This document shows, piece by piece, positions 1 to 12,300 of a DNA stretch of 64,000 nucleotides; positions within the stretch are counted from its first letter, which is position 1; the number at the start of each line of letters is the position of its first letter. The notes below the pieces were generated by a model. That model saw only the letters and a list, made by a program, of their open reading frames with translations, did not search any database and was not told the DNA's origin. This stretch comes from Ophelia neglecta (Eukaryota), in NCBI GenBank assembly GCA_965285935.1, contig OZ260663.1:72354001-72418000 (forward strand), read 5' to 3'. Both the position numbers and the translations under genes were made by a program.

Positions 1-3000
1 TAATTTTAATGGCTGAATGTTCAGTGTAGAGTGTAGTTTCATATTGTTTATTCAATGCACCACAGCCTCTAGGCACTTTAGATTATATGTGTATTCTTTC
101 TAGTGTTCAAGGGAGATACCCATCTAACAACAACGCCCCCAGTGTTTTCATTTCACCCATATAGGGTCTTACAGGGAACAGGTTTTTGTGTGTGTTTTCG
201 TGTTTAATTGGGTAATGCTCATTTTGTTTGTGTTATATCGTCATCTGATTTAAGCCTTTTGTTAGAATAAGTGTAGTTTATTTTAAATATGAAAGAAATA
301 TTCCGGGTGCTGAAAAAATCAGTTATCTGTTTTTCCAGTCCTCTTTTCAGTACTCAAAGTGGTGTAAGGTAATAAATTTTTGTTATTATTTTACAGTGAA
401 TGGTTGTCGCGAATTCTAGGTTTTTGCCAAATTTATATGCTGTGTTATCTGCTTGTAGCAGGCAAAGAGACCATCATGGAAATATGACTTGCTAGGCTTC
501 TTGGCTCAATCTTGCATTATACTTTATATATCGGTTAGAAACCATTCAATGGCCTTAATTTAGGTTGCACTGATCTACTACCCATGGGCGAATATGGAAA
601 AATCACTGCCTACATTTTTGCATTGTGTTTTATGCGAAAATTAATCAACCAATCCATCAATTATCCACGTATAAATAGTCCATAAGCAATAAAATTTAGA
701 TGCGCTGATGATATAGTTTTCCGATATGATGAATTCAGCAAGCTCTAAGACTGGCGACACCGTTTTTTATGGAATCAACATTAATATCGAATCATAAGAC
801 AAACCTGATTTGTTAAGTCCCTATTCATGCATAAAATGTGCCACCCCGGAGGCTGTCTCTCCTTCGGGGATTGATCTTCCCTCTTACTGCTACTATTCCA
901 TCCTTCTTGAAGACATTCATCATTGGCTTAAAATGAATAATTTAGACCCCTTAAGACTAACAGATCTATTTTAGTGTAAAACTACGGAATGTTCTTTCCA
1001 TTCGAGTCAAGTTTTAGACATTTTACCGCAGAAATGTCTGTCTGTCTGAGTTTGATAACTCTCCCCGGTGACTGGTGGGTAGACTGAGCTAAGGCCTACG
1101 GGGGCCTGCCCGTTTCGCCCCCTCCTCGATAGATTTCTGCCACATCCCTTGGGTCTCCTTGACTGTGACTCTGCAGTCCTTCTTTTCTACTTGATCATTG
1201 AGCACCTCTGTCGAGTGCCCGGCCGACAGTGCTCAGATATTATCAGCCTCTCAGGCTGAGCTACAATGAATGGTGTCTTTTTCAGACCTTTCATCTTCGC
1301 TCGTTTCTCAATGCCACTGCCAACTTATGGGTCCCAATTACCTCTGTTTTGCCTCTCTAACGTAGTTTATTTCGGTGGACAACAAATGAACTGAAATTAT
1401 ATTTCATGTTATTAATGGGCAAAAGCAACGTTATACAATAACGCCATTGTTGCCATTATCGAGGAGAATTACACCCATGCTTACTATTCATTACACCTTA
1501 ATGCAGTCATATTTGCCGAGGGAAAACAGAAACATTATTATGCTGGGTATTTCTATGGGTAATTTGCCTGTGTTGGGGCTTTGATCAGTGGGATGTATTG
1601 AGAGCTATTGATCCATCATCCTGTACGAGGGGGATATCATTTGATCTGTTTTAGTAGGATATCGACATGGATACGAAACAGAATTATCTCCAGTTGATGG
1701 AGGTTTCTGATAAGGAAACCATAAAGCTGTTTGGCGTTTTAGTGAAATTCTTTGAATTATTTATAGGATGCCAATGCTTTTGCTTTCATTAAGCTTATTA
1801 CTATTCTTATACTCGGAACAGATTTATAGGTAGATTTATTAAAGCTTATTACCGAAGATCCACAAGGTGCACCGGTAGGTCCATTATAGTGACTTCCTCT
1901 TGGGCTCCCCCCCCCCCACCCATCCCTCACCCTCCTATCTTTAAACCATAGGGGCGGGTCACATGAGGGGACCTTTGCAGCCATGGGCCCTCTAACCCTG
2001 TAACCCCTCGACATAAATCCACCCCCATCTCACAGTGTTTCAGAGACTCATTCACCTGTCTCGGCGCCCGCCAGTGATCGATAATGGCTCCAAAGCAATT
2101 CCTCGACAATGTAAATGCTGTGTTTTTTTCATTGTTGCACTTGATGTGCCTTGGATACCTCTAAGCTTAAGACTTTAAGAACGCTCCTTTTATCAGATGT
2201 AGGCCTACTATAGGCATCACTAACATGCGAGTAATGAAGGTACGGAAAAAACCCGCAAATAAACTAATAATAGACGTTTGTGGTTAAAGCGTTTGTGTTT
2301 AAACAAAGTTCATATTCGGCCATATACTTGAGGGATTAGAAAACGCAATTTCCGCGATTAAGTCGCTTCCACGGCGACATACAATTTTGAGAGCCATTAT
2401 CACTCATGGTGATCCCCGCCTACTGTCAGGGTAAATGTGTATTCGCGCCCGAGACTAGCTAGCCATTCAACGCTTCAAGCATCCGACAGACTAATATTTT
2501 AAATCGGGAAGTGGGCCATAACTCAGTTAATGAGCACGACACAATCTTTATGCGTAGGATGTTTTATCATTTACCAATTTATGATTCATCCCATAAACAA
2601 AATTAATTACTTATTTTGTCACGCCATGAAACACGCGCGAGCAACATCATTGACTTTTGATACATCGCTTTCGAGGGGTGGGTTGTTAGTTTGTTAATGA
2701 ACAGCTACCATGCACGTGGCCGTGCAGCTCCATGGCAAGTAATGTCACAGGAACTGTGACATTAAACCCTTTACCAGCGGGACTATAGATATTAAGGACT
2801 GGTTTTAATGTGAGAGAACTGGTGTCATAACTCAAAATTATCTGGCAGCTGGGAAATAGGGCCACGTAGCAAGCTTATCAGTGTAGATACATTAATTTAG
2901 GTCTCTTCTGGCAGTCTATTCTACCATCTTGTCCAACATGACAGGGTAGTTTGCAAAGTTTCCTTTACTGAACCTTAGCTCTTTAGTAATCATGAAGGTA

Positions 3001-3304
3001 CGTTTTGAAGGAGAAAAATGTACAGCCACTTATCGTGTCAGTGCCCGGGTGAGCCACCTCCGCTGCATGCTGAGGAAAGCCTCCATGAGATGGTTATTTT
3101 AGGATGCTCTGACATGTTATGGAAAAATGTCTACATGGCCTTCGATTACGCATGGATTGCTTCCCCAGACAGCAGAATATTGACTGTTTGCCAATTGAGT
3201 TCACAAATTGTAGACTGAGTTTCAGGTTGGCAATTGAAATGCTCGGCTCTGTTCGCCCTCAGTGCCAGTGTGGCCTCATCAATCATCATACAGTCTTCAC
3301 GGAG

Positions 3305-3381
3305 GTATCTCTCATCAATACCACCAGGATGATACATAGAGACGTATCTCTCATCAATGGCACCAGGCAGATACATAGCGA
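3305..3381. repeat. 39-bp tandem duplication
   Basis: GTATCTCTCATCAAT..CACCAGG..GATACATAG occurs at 3305 and 3344. Confidence 0.85.
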
Positions 3382-4182
3382 TCAGCAGTACTGTAGATCA
3401 TGTGGAGAGGATGCCACGTGTTCTACACGAATCATATCTGCTGCTGTCAGTGTTAGAAGTGTCAGTATGGGGTTGAATGATTCCCCGGGTGAAGTGAGGG
3501 GGGGGGGGGGGCGTTGAAAGTCTGCTCGTCATCACCCCTCCCCCTCCCCCTTCTCATGGAATCTAATTTATCATCGATTACCCAAACTTGTTTTAAGAAC
3601 CCCCCCCCCCGCAGGAGCCCCTCGGACATTAAAACTAAATAGCTAGTGCATTTAATTTCCGCCGCGCGTGACTAGACATGATATTTTGCTAAGAACCCTG
3701 TGCGCATTTTATAGACAGCAATTTCCTACCTTAGAATAAATCAACATATGAATTATACTAGTAATTTGACAATTTTTTAATGTTATAAGCCAGCTATATA
3801 GGTTGTATTGCAACATGTCGTTGCTTTAATTACAAAAATGAGATTTGTAGGCTATCATAAATATTGTCCTGAAGTGAACCAGAACTATCCAGCAACTAAA
3901 ACGTCCCACCCATGGATGTAGGAGAGGCACGAGGTGGGGGGGATAATCAGATCCCAATTTTGCCTTTTTCTGCTTAGTTCTTTTGATCCTGCACTTCATG
4001 AACAAATATCAACTGATACACTTGATGTTTATAAAAAAAATACAACAGAATCGCTGGAAGGAAAATTCATAAACTTAATGAAACTGTACAATCTATAAAA
4101 AATGACGTATTCGAAATTCGTATTTTATCAGGTGTTCACGTTCTTGACTTTGAAATACCTGTAGTTTTCTATATAATAATAC

Positions 4183-4203
4183 ATATATATATATATATAT
4201 ATA
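4183..4203. repeat. (AT)n microsatellite
   Basis: About 10 AT units. A shorter run lies at about 25083-25100. Confidence 0.9.
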
Positions 4204-5599
4204 GGCCTAATATACTCGGCAATTTAATAAGTCTATTTGCAAGGATAGAAATGACGCTGCTGTTTCCCGACAGTCGCCAGCCCTGATAGAGAAAGCGTTT
4301 GTCAAAGTCTATTTAGTGTTGAACCAGTTAGTTTGTCCCAAGGCCGAGTATGGACAAGACATTCGCCAGTCGACCTGGAGAAGGGTTGGTACACTCGGAG
4401 GCGGGACGATTTGTCCATGTCTGAAGCCTCTTACCAACCGGTCGTCTGCCATTCTGATATAAATAATGGTTTACTTTATAGGCTAAACAATCCGGTCGAC
4501 ACAGCGATACGTTAGTCTTCCTCCATAACATATTACAAAGTGTGCTAGGTATTCATTATTAATATATTGCTAACCAATGATATTCCATCTGACAGAAAAA
4601 TACATCTAAACTCTTCGTATATATACCATACATAAATAGGCCCGGGGCATAATCAAGAACACAGAACATGCACTTTGGCTTATCTGATAGGATTGAGGGG
4701 AGGGGGGGGGGGGGTGGTTCTGACACAATTGAATTTTGACACAATTAAATCGTAATTGTTGACCCCACTATGATCAGTAAGTAAAATGGATGCGCCTCCC
4801 TCCCCCTCATGGGTCCGTAAAAATGACATCCCTTTCGAAATCTGTTATTATTGATATTGAATATTGACACCCACATTTTGGGGCATCAAAATGGGGGTAT
4901 TAAGTGACTGGGTCTTAACCTGCACTATAAAGATCATAGTAGACGTAAATTATAAGTGTACATGCATGTAGACGTTTGCTTCACTACTTAGCTTCTCGTG
5001 GACTGCTCAATAAGATATCGTGACAAAATTTATCCCTTCACCCTTACAAACCGTCTTGAGGTTAGTATTGTATGAACCGTGTTGCCAACAGAGGTATTAA
5101 CACGGCAGGGAAAAACATAAATCATGCTTTTAATTAGCTAAAATCACGCGAGAAGGCACGTGGTGTTGCAAACATCAACGCGGCAGCTCCTCAATGCTCG
5201 CATCGATCGGCTCGTGTCAGCACCCTCCTAAACACTCTTTTGAGCAAAAATGATTTTCCTTTTTCTGGAAGTTTGATCTAAAATACCAAATAATAATCGC
5301 CCAATAATAATACCGTTTGGAAAAGTTGCGCGAACTTAATCAATCTTATAGGACTGAGGAGAAGAAATTGCTCATACCATTAAGTATAACTAATATTACT
5401 GGCTACGTGAATCTTGAAGAGCGGTTTGTAAACCTAAAAAAACATTTTGAGGTTCTAGTTTGTGTTTTCAATAGCATTTCTGGGAATAATTTATGAGGGC
5501 ATGCCGCCTTGTGATATTTAAATCATTCAATTTTTATGGCGAGGACCAATGTATCCTGCATGATATGCGTTTCTTCTAAAGTTTCATGCACAGCTAACA

Positions 5600-6259
5600 G
5601 TGTTTCGTACTAGACAGCTTAGCGGTCACAGTTGAGCCGCTTGATCCGCTGACACTCCTCCTAGCTGGCAAGCGTGGATGTGATTCATCTTTGATGAAGT
5701 GCCCATCGCATCACTGAAACTGGCAGCCCGAAGGCGACATCCTCATCGCTTCCTGCAAGATGCTTTCTGAGCCGTTTTTCTACCTGCTGTGACTGGAGGC
5801 GGTGTCCTGGAGCGTAGCGCGGTACCCAGCGGTACAGCGCGTCCGGAGCGTCCGCCTTATCACAGCGGGAATTGGCCCTCTAGTGAGGGGATGTGTGGGC
5901 CTTTCATCGCCAGTCAGGCTACCACACGCCGGCATAACGCACCGCTCTCACGAACCCCATCTACACTCAATTGATGGGCATCTGCTAATACCGACTATTC
6001 GCACAAATCAGATTTAGCAAGTTGGTTGTTCTCAGTACACGAACTTCTGGATTACAACTAGTGTGGTCTTATAGATAGCAGACGACCGAAGGGTGGTCGC
6101 CTAAGAGAAACCATTGAATTCTGACAAACGAGGCATTTTTGCTTAGGAGGATGTAAATATTGCTTCGAAGTCAAGGAAGCTGTCCAGAAAAAGAATCGCG
6201 AGGACCATCCCTTGGATCTACTGTTATATATACTCTGTGTCACAGAAGTTGAGTCTACC
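5600..6259 (+). promoter_or_regulatory. Probable promoter / 5' UTR region of the 13-exon gene
   Basis: GC- and CpG-richer island (about 5620-5960) immediately upstream of the start codon. The transcription start is not defined. Confidence 0.35.
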
Positions 6260-6323
6260 ATGCTGAGTTTTAGTTGGATTACTGAAGTTTCGCTTTTCTG
6301 TCTCCTACTCCTCGCGCTGAACG
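6260..6323 (+). CDS. Coding exon 1: signal peptide MLSFSWITEVSLFCLLLLALN(G)
   Basis: First in-frame ATG after the TGA at 6122, Kozak-like ACCATG, hydrophobic core, donor ACG|GTAGGC in phase 1. Joining exon 2 gives ...ALNGVWG|EGC, a plausible signal peptidase site. Confidence 0.8.
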
Positions 6324-9300
6324 GTAGGCAAAATCGTATTGTCTCTATGATGTGGTTCTCATAATCCCCAGGGTCTCCTCTGATTAATGTGCGAAAATCC
6401 ACGCCCTCGGTTTTCCCGCTGCCTAATGTACTTTGACCGTCTCTAAACACTGTCATTTGGCCCTCTTACACAAATCTTTCCTATTTTTTATGCGAGGTAC
6501 GTTTAGTTGGAATCTTTTTATGTGGAAATAGTTCGGAATAAAAGTGAATTGAAGCATCCATTGTCAAATCGGGTCAGAAATGGACTCCAGTTTGTGCTGC
6601 GGAATAGCTAGTGAAATAATATGGATCTCAGAACTTGTTTTTAAAATGACAAGTGCCAGTAGTTTATTTACAATTATTTAGTAGAACTAAGCATAATAAT
6701 TTAAGCATACTTCCCTCTAAATGACATGTGACGCTGCCACGAAACCAAAGCCCATGTATCATGTCAGCATTTGGTAGTGCGTGTATTTATCCGATAAGGC
6801 ATTTCAATGTATTCATTTAATAGGCGTGGAGCTATTCAACTCCGCAGAGGAAGACTGAAAATCAGTTTACAACCGGTATGAATGAAAGCCTCCCCCAGCC
6901 CCATGGGTCAAATTCCGGGGTCTTATAGGCTGTCGATAGCCTTCATCGATTGCCAAATTTTATATTCTGGTATCGTATATAGTTCTGCTCCAATATAAAT
7001 AATCACAGGCCCTCTTGTATTTACTGATCCTTCGTCTAAATTAGAGGTGACTGAGGTAATGTTCTTTGGTTGTTGGTGGTCTGACGACGGGCCATCTGCC
7101 TGGCTCAGGGCCCGGGCTCACGGTGGCTCAACCGCCGGCTTGGCCTCGTAATTCCCCTGTACATGTCAACTCTGTCCCGCGGGCTACCGATAATACAACC
7201 TTCTAGAGATTTTTTTGTATGATAAATGTAGCGTCAGTCGGTCTGTCTACTTTTTCCCGGACTAATAACTCAAAGCTTTTAACCGAAGGAAATCTATAGC
7301 GTTTCTTTATCGAACTCCACCGGTGAACTGAGCTTGGGCTAAATGGGAGCGATGCTGGATCAATCATAAAAGTTACCTCCTGCGACTAAGACTGGATCAG
7401 GAAAAAGATCATCGGAAAGATGAAACGATGCTTCGTACACGAAAGGCTGTGTACTTAACAGACCAGGGGCGATACTTACTCGTGTTTATGTTGCAAGATT
7501 TATTGTAAAAGTACTTTATCTATAGGGATGTTCCATTTGAAAAGAGATGGGAGGGGGAGAGTGTGTTGAGAGGTGAAGCTGGAGGGGGTGGGGGTGGGAT
7601 AGGCTAGGGTGGTGGTAGAAGCGTTCGTTTATTTATACCCGCACCCCTCAACAAAAAGGTTAGCTAGAGGATCGTGGAAATAAATTTGTAAAGGTAGGGT
7701 TGGGTTAGCGGGGAGGGGGGGGGGGGGGGGGGTCGGGGGTATGCGTTCCCTCCCCTCCCTTAAGAGTAGCCCTTCTGTAAGGCTTGAGATTAGCGTGACG
7801 CTATTTGTCCAGAGTTATAAACCCACATTAAAAATTAACAAGGCAACGTTGCTAACTGGAAGAAACCTGAAAGTTTGGGACATAGTCAGCATGTGTTACT
7901 CCGTTACTCTGACATAATGTACCCCTTCGACAAAGGATTTGGTTAGGCTCATTGTTTCAAACATTCAGGTCACTATCAGTAAAGTCATGAAATGTATGAA
8001 TGTATCACAAAGTAACGACATTAAGTCGGCCGAATCCTCACTGAAAAGGGAACTATGAAAGAAACCATACATATTGATTCATAGACTCCAAACTTCCAGG
8101 TTGGTCCCAATTCATGTATATTCCTGTTTATTCTATGGCGCTGTATTTTTGTCCTTTTTAAATGCCCCATTTAACGGCTGGACAACTCTCACAAGGCTCT
8201 TTGATGTTGTTTTGTATTGATCACCTATCGATCTGCCTTAGTATTCGCTGGTAAAATCAAATGATTAGTTACATTGGGGTATCGACGTATTTAATGAAGT
8301 ATAACAACGTTCTCTTTATTAAGTTTGGACACACTTCAAGTTTATTATCTCTCAGTAACGTTTACCTCTCAACCGTTTATCGATAATCTATAAACTCCAC
8401 ATTTGGCTTCATTCATACAAATTACATCCAGTCATTTTTTACTTTTCTTTCACACTTGATCAATAAATATCCAGGAGTTGACCCATGCTAAGCGTCCTTT
8501 ATTACATGCGATATTACCGCACGTCACATAAAAACTACCTGCTAAACAACATTTGGGACATGGCACATATAGCCTATATTCAAGTAAATGGTGAAGAACT
8601 CCGTTGTCAATTCTTTTAGAACGCCGACAATTTGGTGGCCACTTTATATTCGTTTTTCGGCCGATTCTTGTAATCTGCCGTGCTAACAAATGTGTCAGCC
8701 GTTTGCACCAGCAATGTACTTCATACTAAATGATTGAAAGCAATCGATTGGTTTTCACCTTTAAGTCACGCAATCACGCCATTATTAGTAAGTCGTGTAC
8801 AACAAAATGTTTTTTTCTGATCTAATGTTTATCGTTGTAGGAAAGAGTTAAAATAATGCCTGTCCGAAAGCCAAAGCGGCCGAGAATCGGCGGAGATCAT
8901 GCACGAAAGAAACATATTAATTTAGCACTTGATATTTCAAGTTTCGCAGCCAAACACACTGGCTAACTTGGAGTTGGGACATTGCTGAGAACAGGGATTG
9001 GGTGCACAAGGTGCGGAAAAAAGCACTTGGCTTGTAGCCTCCGGCCCCGTTCCGGAGGCTGCATTCTAATCAGTTCCAGTTTCTAGTTTATTTCTCGCTG
9101 TGGGTTACGCCAACCATCTCCCCAGATTCTGTATCTGTTTTTATGTGATTAATGTCACGCTGGGCGTCATTACTTTCCCTGATGGCAGGGGACCAGTGCA
9201 GGGGCGTGTGCTTTCCCCGGCATTCTGCCCCGAGGATACTGTTTGACTGTTCACTTGGACATTTCTTATGCCATTCATACAACAATAATTACTGTAGATA

Positions 9301-12300
9301 TCCCACTATCATACCAGCTAACTACCCCCGTAGGCAATGCTATCTGTGGACTGTTACACATTTGTGCACCGACAGAATACCTCCTGATATTGTTAAAAAA
9401 ACTATCCTAGTCTCGAAGAAAGTCTAAATAATTGATGCGACACTTGAACTATTCACATTACCTTTATCTCGTTTATCTCGCAAGACACTACTGCATGGCC
9501 TCTTTAGATTATATGCGTTTGGTAAGCCTATTGTTTTGGGCTATCTGCCTATAATATCTTCGTGGTATTAGAATTTATTATCCGGGAAGATTTTTCTACA
9601 CCAGTTTGCACCTAGACGATTGTCATAAAGTTAATCATTTTGACAGTCAAAAGCCATTAACTTAGAAACAGGCTTCCTAGTCTCGGGCTTGTGCGGCCAG
9701 TGATACCGTAATGGCACCGTAAACAACCAAAGCCATATAAGGGGCTTGCGTTTACAGTGTGGTCGAGATAAATGTGTAAACCATAACCAGCCAGAAATAC
9801 CATAAGACCTCAGGCAAATAATTTACCGTAAAAATGCAATTACATGTACCCAAATGGCGTTTATAAGGGTGATTATAGCGGGAATTAGAATCATAAAGCT
9901 ACATTTTGCTCTAAGGTTCAGTGTTTCATTATATATCATACTTTCTATGCTCTTTAAAGGGGAAATTGTGGATTTTAATGCTTACTTTTACACCTTCTAT
10001 CTGGACGCAGGAAGCGATTTCGTACCTTTATGTGACATCTCTAGAAGCCATGTGACAGTGCAGGAGAGGCGGATTTCCTGTCCTAGGAGTCTTGGAATGG
10101 TACCTGTTAAATGCAGGGGTGTGTCTTGAGAGATGCATAGAGAGAGAGTGTGTGTGTGTGTGTGGGGGGGGGGGGGGCAAATTGTCTCGGTGGACGGTAA
10201 AGGTGTCATGTGGAACGCGCGAAGTGAATTCTCACGGACGTGTAACGTTACTTAAAGAATGCTTGGAGTTGTCCTATGAGACACGGGAAATTGTAGCGTG
10301 ATTGAGGTGTACTTGAGGTCACGTGGAGGTGTCTGAGTGATGCGGGGCGTTGTTCTGGCCAGATACGAGGACGGAGTGGCGGGCGGGAAGTGCTTGTCCC
10401 CAATCTGTCAAAAGACCGATATAGGTTATTTGGTAAACGTTGGTATAGGTGGTCTGGGAGAGTGAGGATGGGTCGAGGGTCTTTGCCTTTGGAAGAGCGT
10501 GGAGGTTGTCTCACAGACAGGGTGGATCGAGGGGTCTTGCATGGAAACGCGGTAAGGTGGTCTTAGAAGGAGGAGGAGTCGAGTGCCCTGGAAAGGCTTG
10601 GAGGAGGTCTGGGGTAGAGGATATATCAAGGGGCTTTGGAAACGCGGGTGGTTGTTTGTGAGACAGGAGGAAGTTTCTTTTAATTAAGGGACATGGGAAG
10701 GTCATCTGGGAGATATGGAGTCATGCCGATACAGAGGGCCCTAGCCCCGCCCTCCCCCCCCTCCCCGCCCCCGAACGAAGTAAAACAGCTCTTAGGGCAA
10801 CTGAAATTTTGACTATTTCTTTAAAAACTTGTAGGCCTATAGGATTTTATCACTTGATTTCGGAGTTTAATATTTATGAGTATCTTTGTTAAAAAGAAGA
10901 CACCACCTCCCAAAGACTACTGGAGGGATGTAGATATCGTTCTCTTGTTACCTGCGTACTAGCTGTTAACATTTATAGATTTTATCAGAACTGCATACTT
11001 CACTCGAAATTGTGCCTTTGAATAACATAAACTATGCTTTGTTTTATATGAGGGGACATTTGTAGTTCTTTCTCACTTTTAGGGTGTCCATTAAGTGCCC
11101 CACTTCCTGGCTGCAGCGAGTATGATATATATTACACACTGACAATCAGCACTTTGTACAAATAATTGATTCTATTGCCAAGCTTAGTTTTAACTGAATA
11201 GAGAAACATATTGCCCATACATTTTCTCCACAGTTGGACAAAGAGGCCTATATATTGGCATCGTCCATGCACGAGTGACCATTTCACATGATAACATGTA
11301 CTATACAATTATAAAACTGGGCCTAGTCGTCCATATTTAATAAGTGAACTGTTCACAGAATCATGATACATGTATTAGGGGTTGGGAAGATAATACAATC
11401 GGGAGGCGTAGTTCAGTGGGTTAGGTGTCAATGTAAAATCTAAATAGCCGGCCTCCATTTAAATAATAAAACAGAGGACAGGTGGCAGGGCTTGGCTGTT
11501 TGTAAAGAGGCGAGTGGCACAGCGAGCTATATCTGGAGGGTTCAATACAGTTGACCCTCTTCATGGGAAGGTCCTTTTGGAAAATGCAAATTTAGACAGG
11601 CCAAAACTCGCCGAATTGATTTGTTAATTAAATGCATCGGAACAAAGACTGAACTGTCTGACCCAAAACTGACACCGTCTGCAGTTTGACCGTGTTTCTT
11701 ATTGTGACGCTTTCAGCTTTGAATATATGTCAATGAAGCATCAAATTACAAATTAGGCCCCGTCGACTATTCATTGGGAGTCCTTGGGAAACCTAATCAA
11801 GCAGAGCGGTGTGAAATGGTTCGATGCCTCACAGCTCGCTTAATTGACATTTTACAAACACCATGTTGGTCTAAAATCGTTTGAAACAGGATCAGATGCA
11901 CCATCTGCCCGTGTCCTTGACTGAAACCTTAGTCAAACTTATTCCCCAAGACCGCCCCCGATGATTCTTTGCCCTGGCGGAAAAGAATATTACAAAGTAC
12001 AATTGGAATATAATTCTAGCAGAGAATGTTTGGAGCACATTAACACATCACTAAGCAATGGCATTTGTGTTTTAGTAGCTGAACTCAGTAAAGTTTATTT
12101 TGAGAAGGTTCCAACTTAAAACTGCATGGTACCGAAACTAGATTATATCCAAGGGATTGTTCTCTAAGTATTGGTGCACATAATACAAGTGGATTACTTG
12201 ACCACTTCAGTCTGTAGTGTAATCGCCTGCTTTTTGAAGGGTTCTTATGTGATATATCCTGGAGGCACGCCCCGGGCAGAGACAGGCCCGGCTTTGTGGT

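Noticed and set aside
9435-9530. Alternative first coding exon ending TTG|GTAAGC
   Set aside because: The ATG-bearing frame ends in phase 0, which is incompatible with the phase-1 exon 2 acceptor, and it encodes no good signal peptide.
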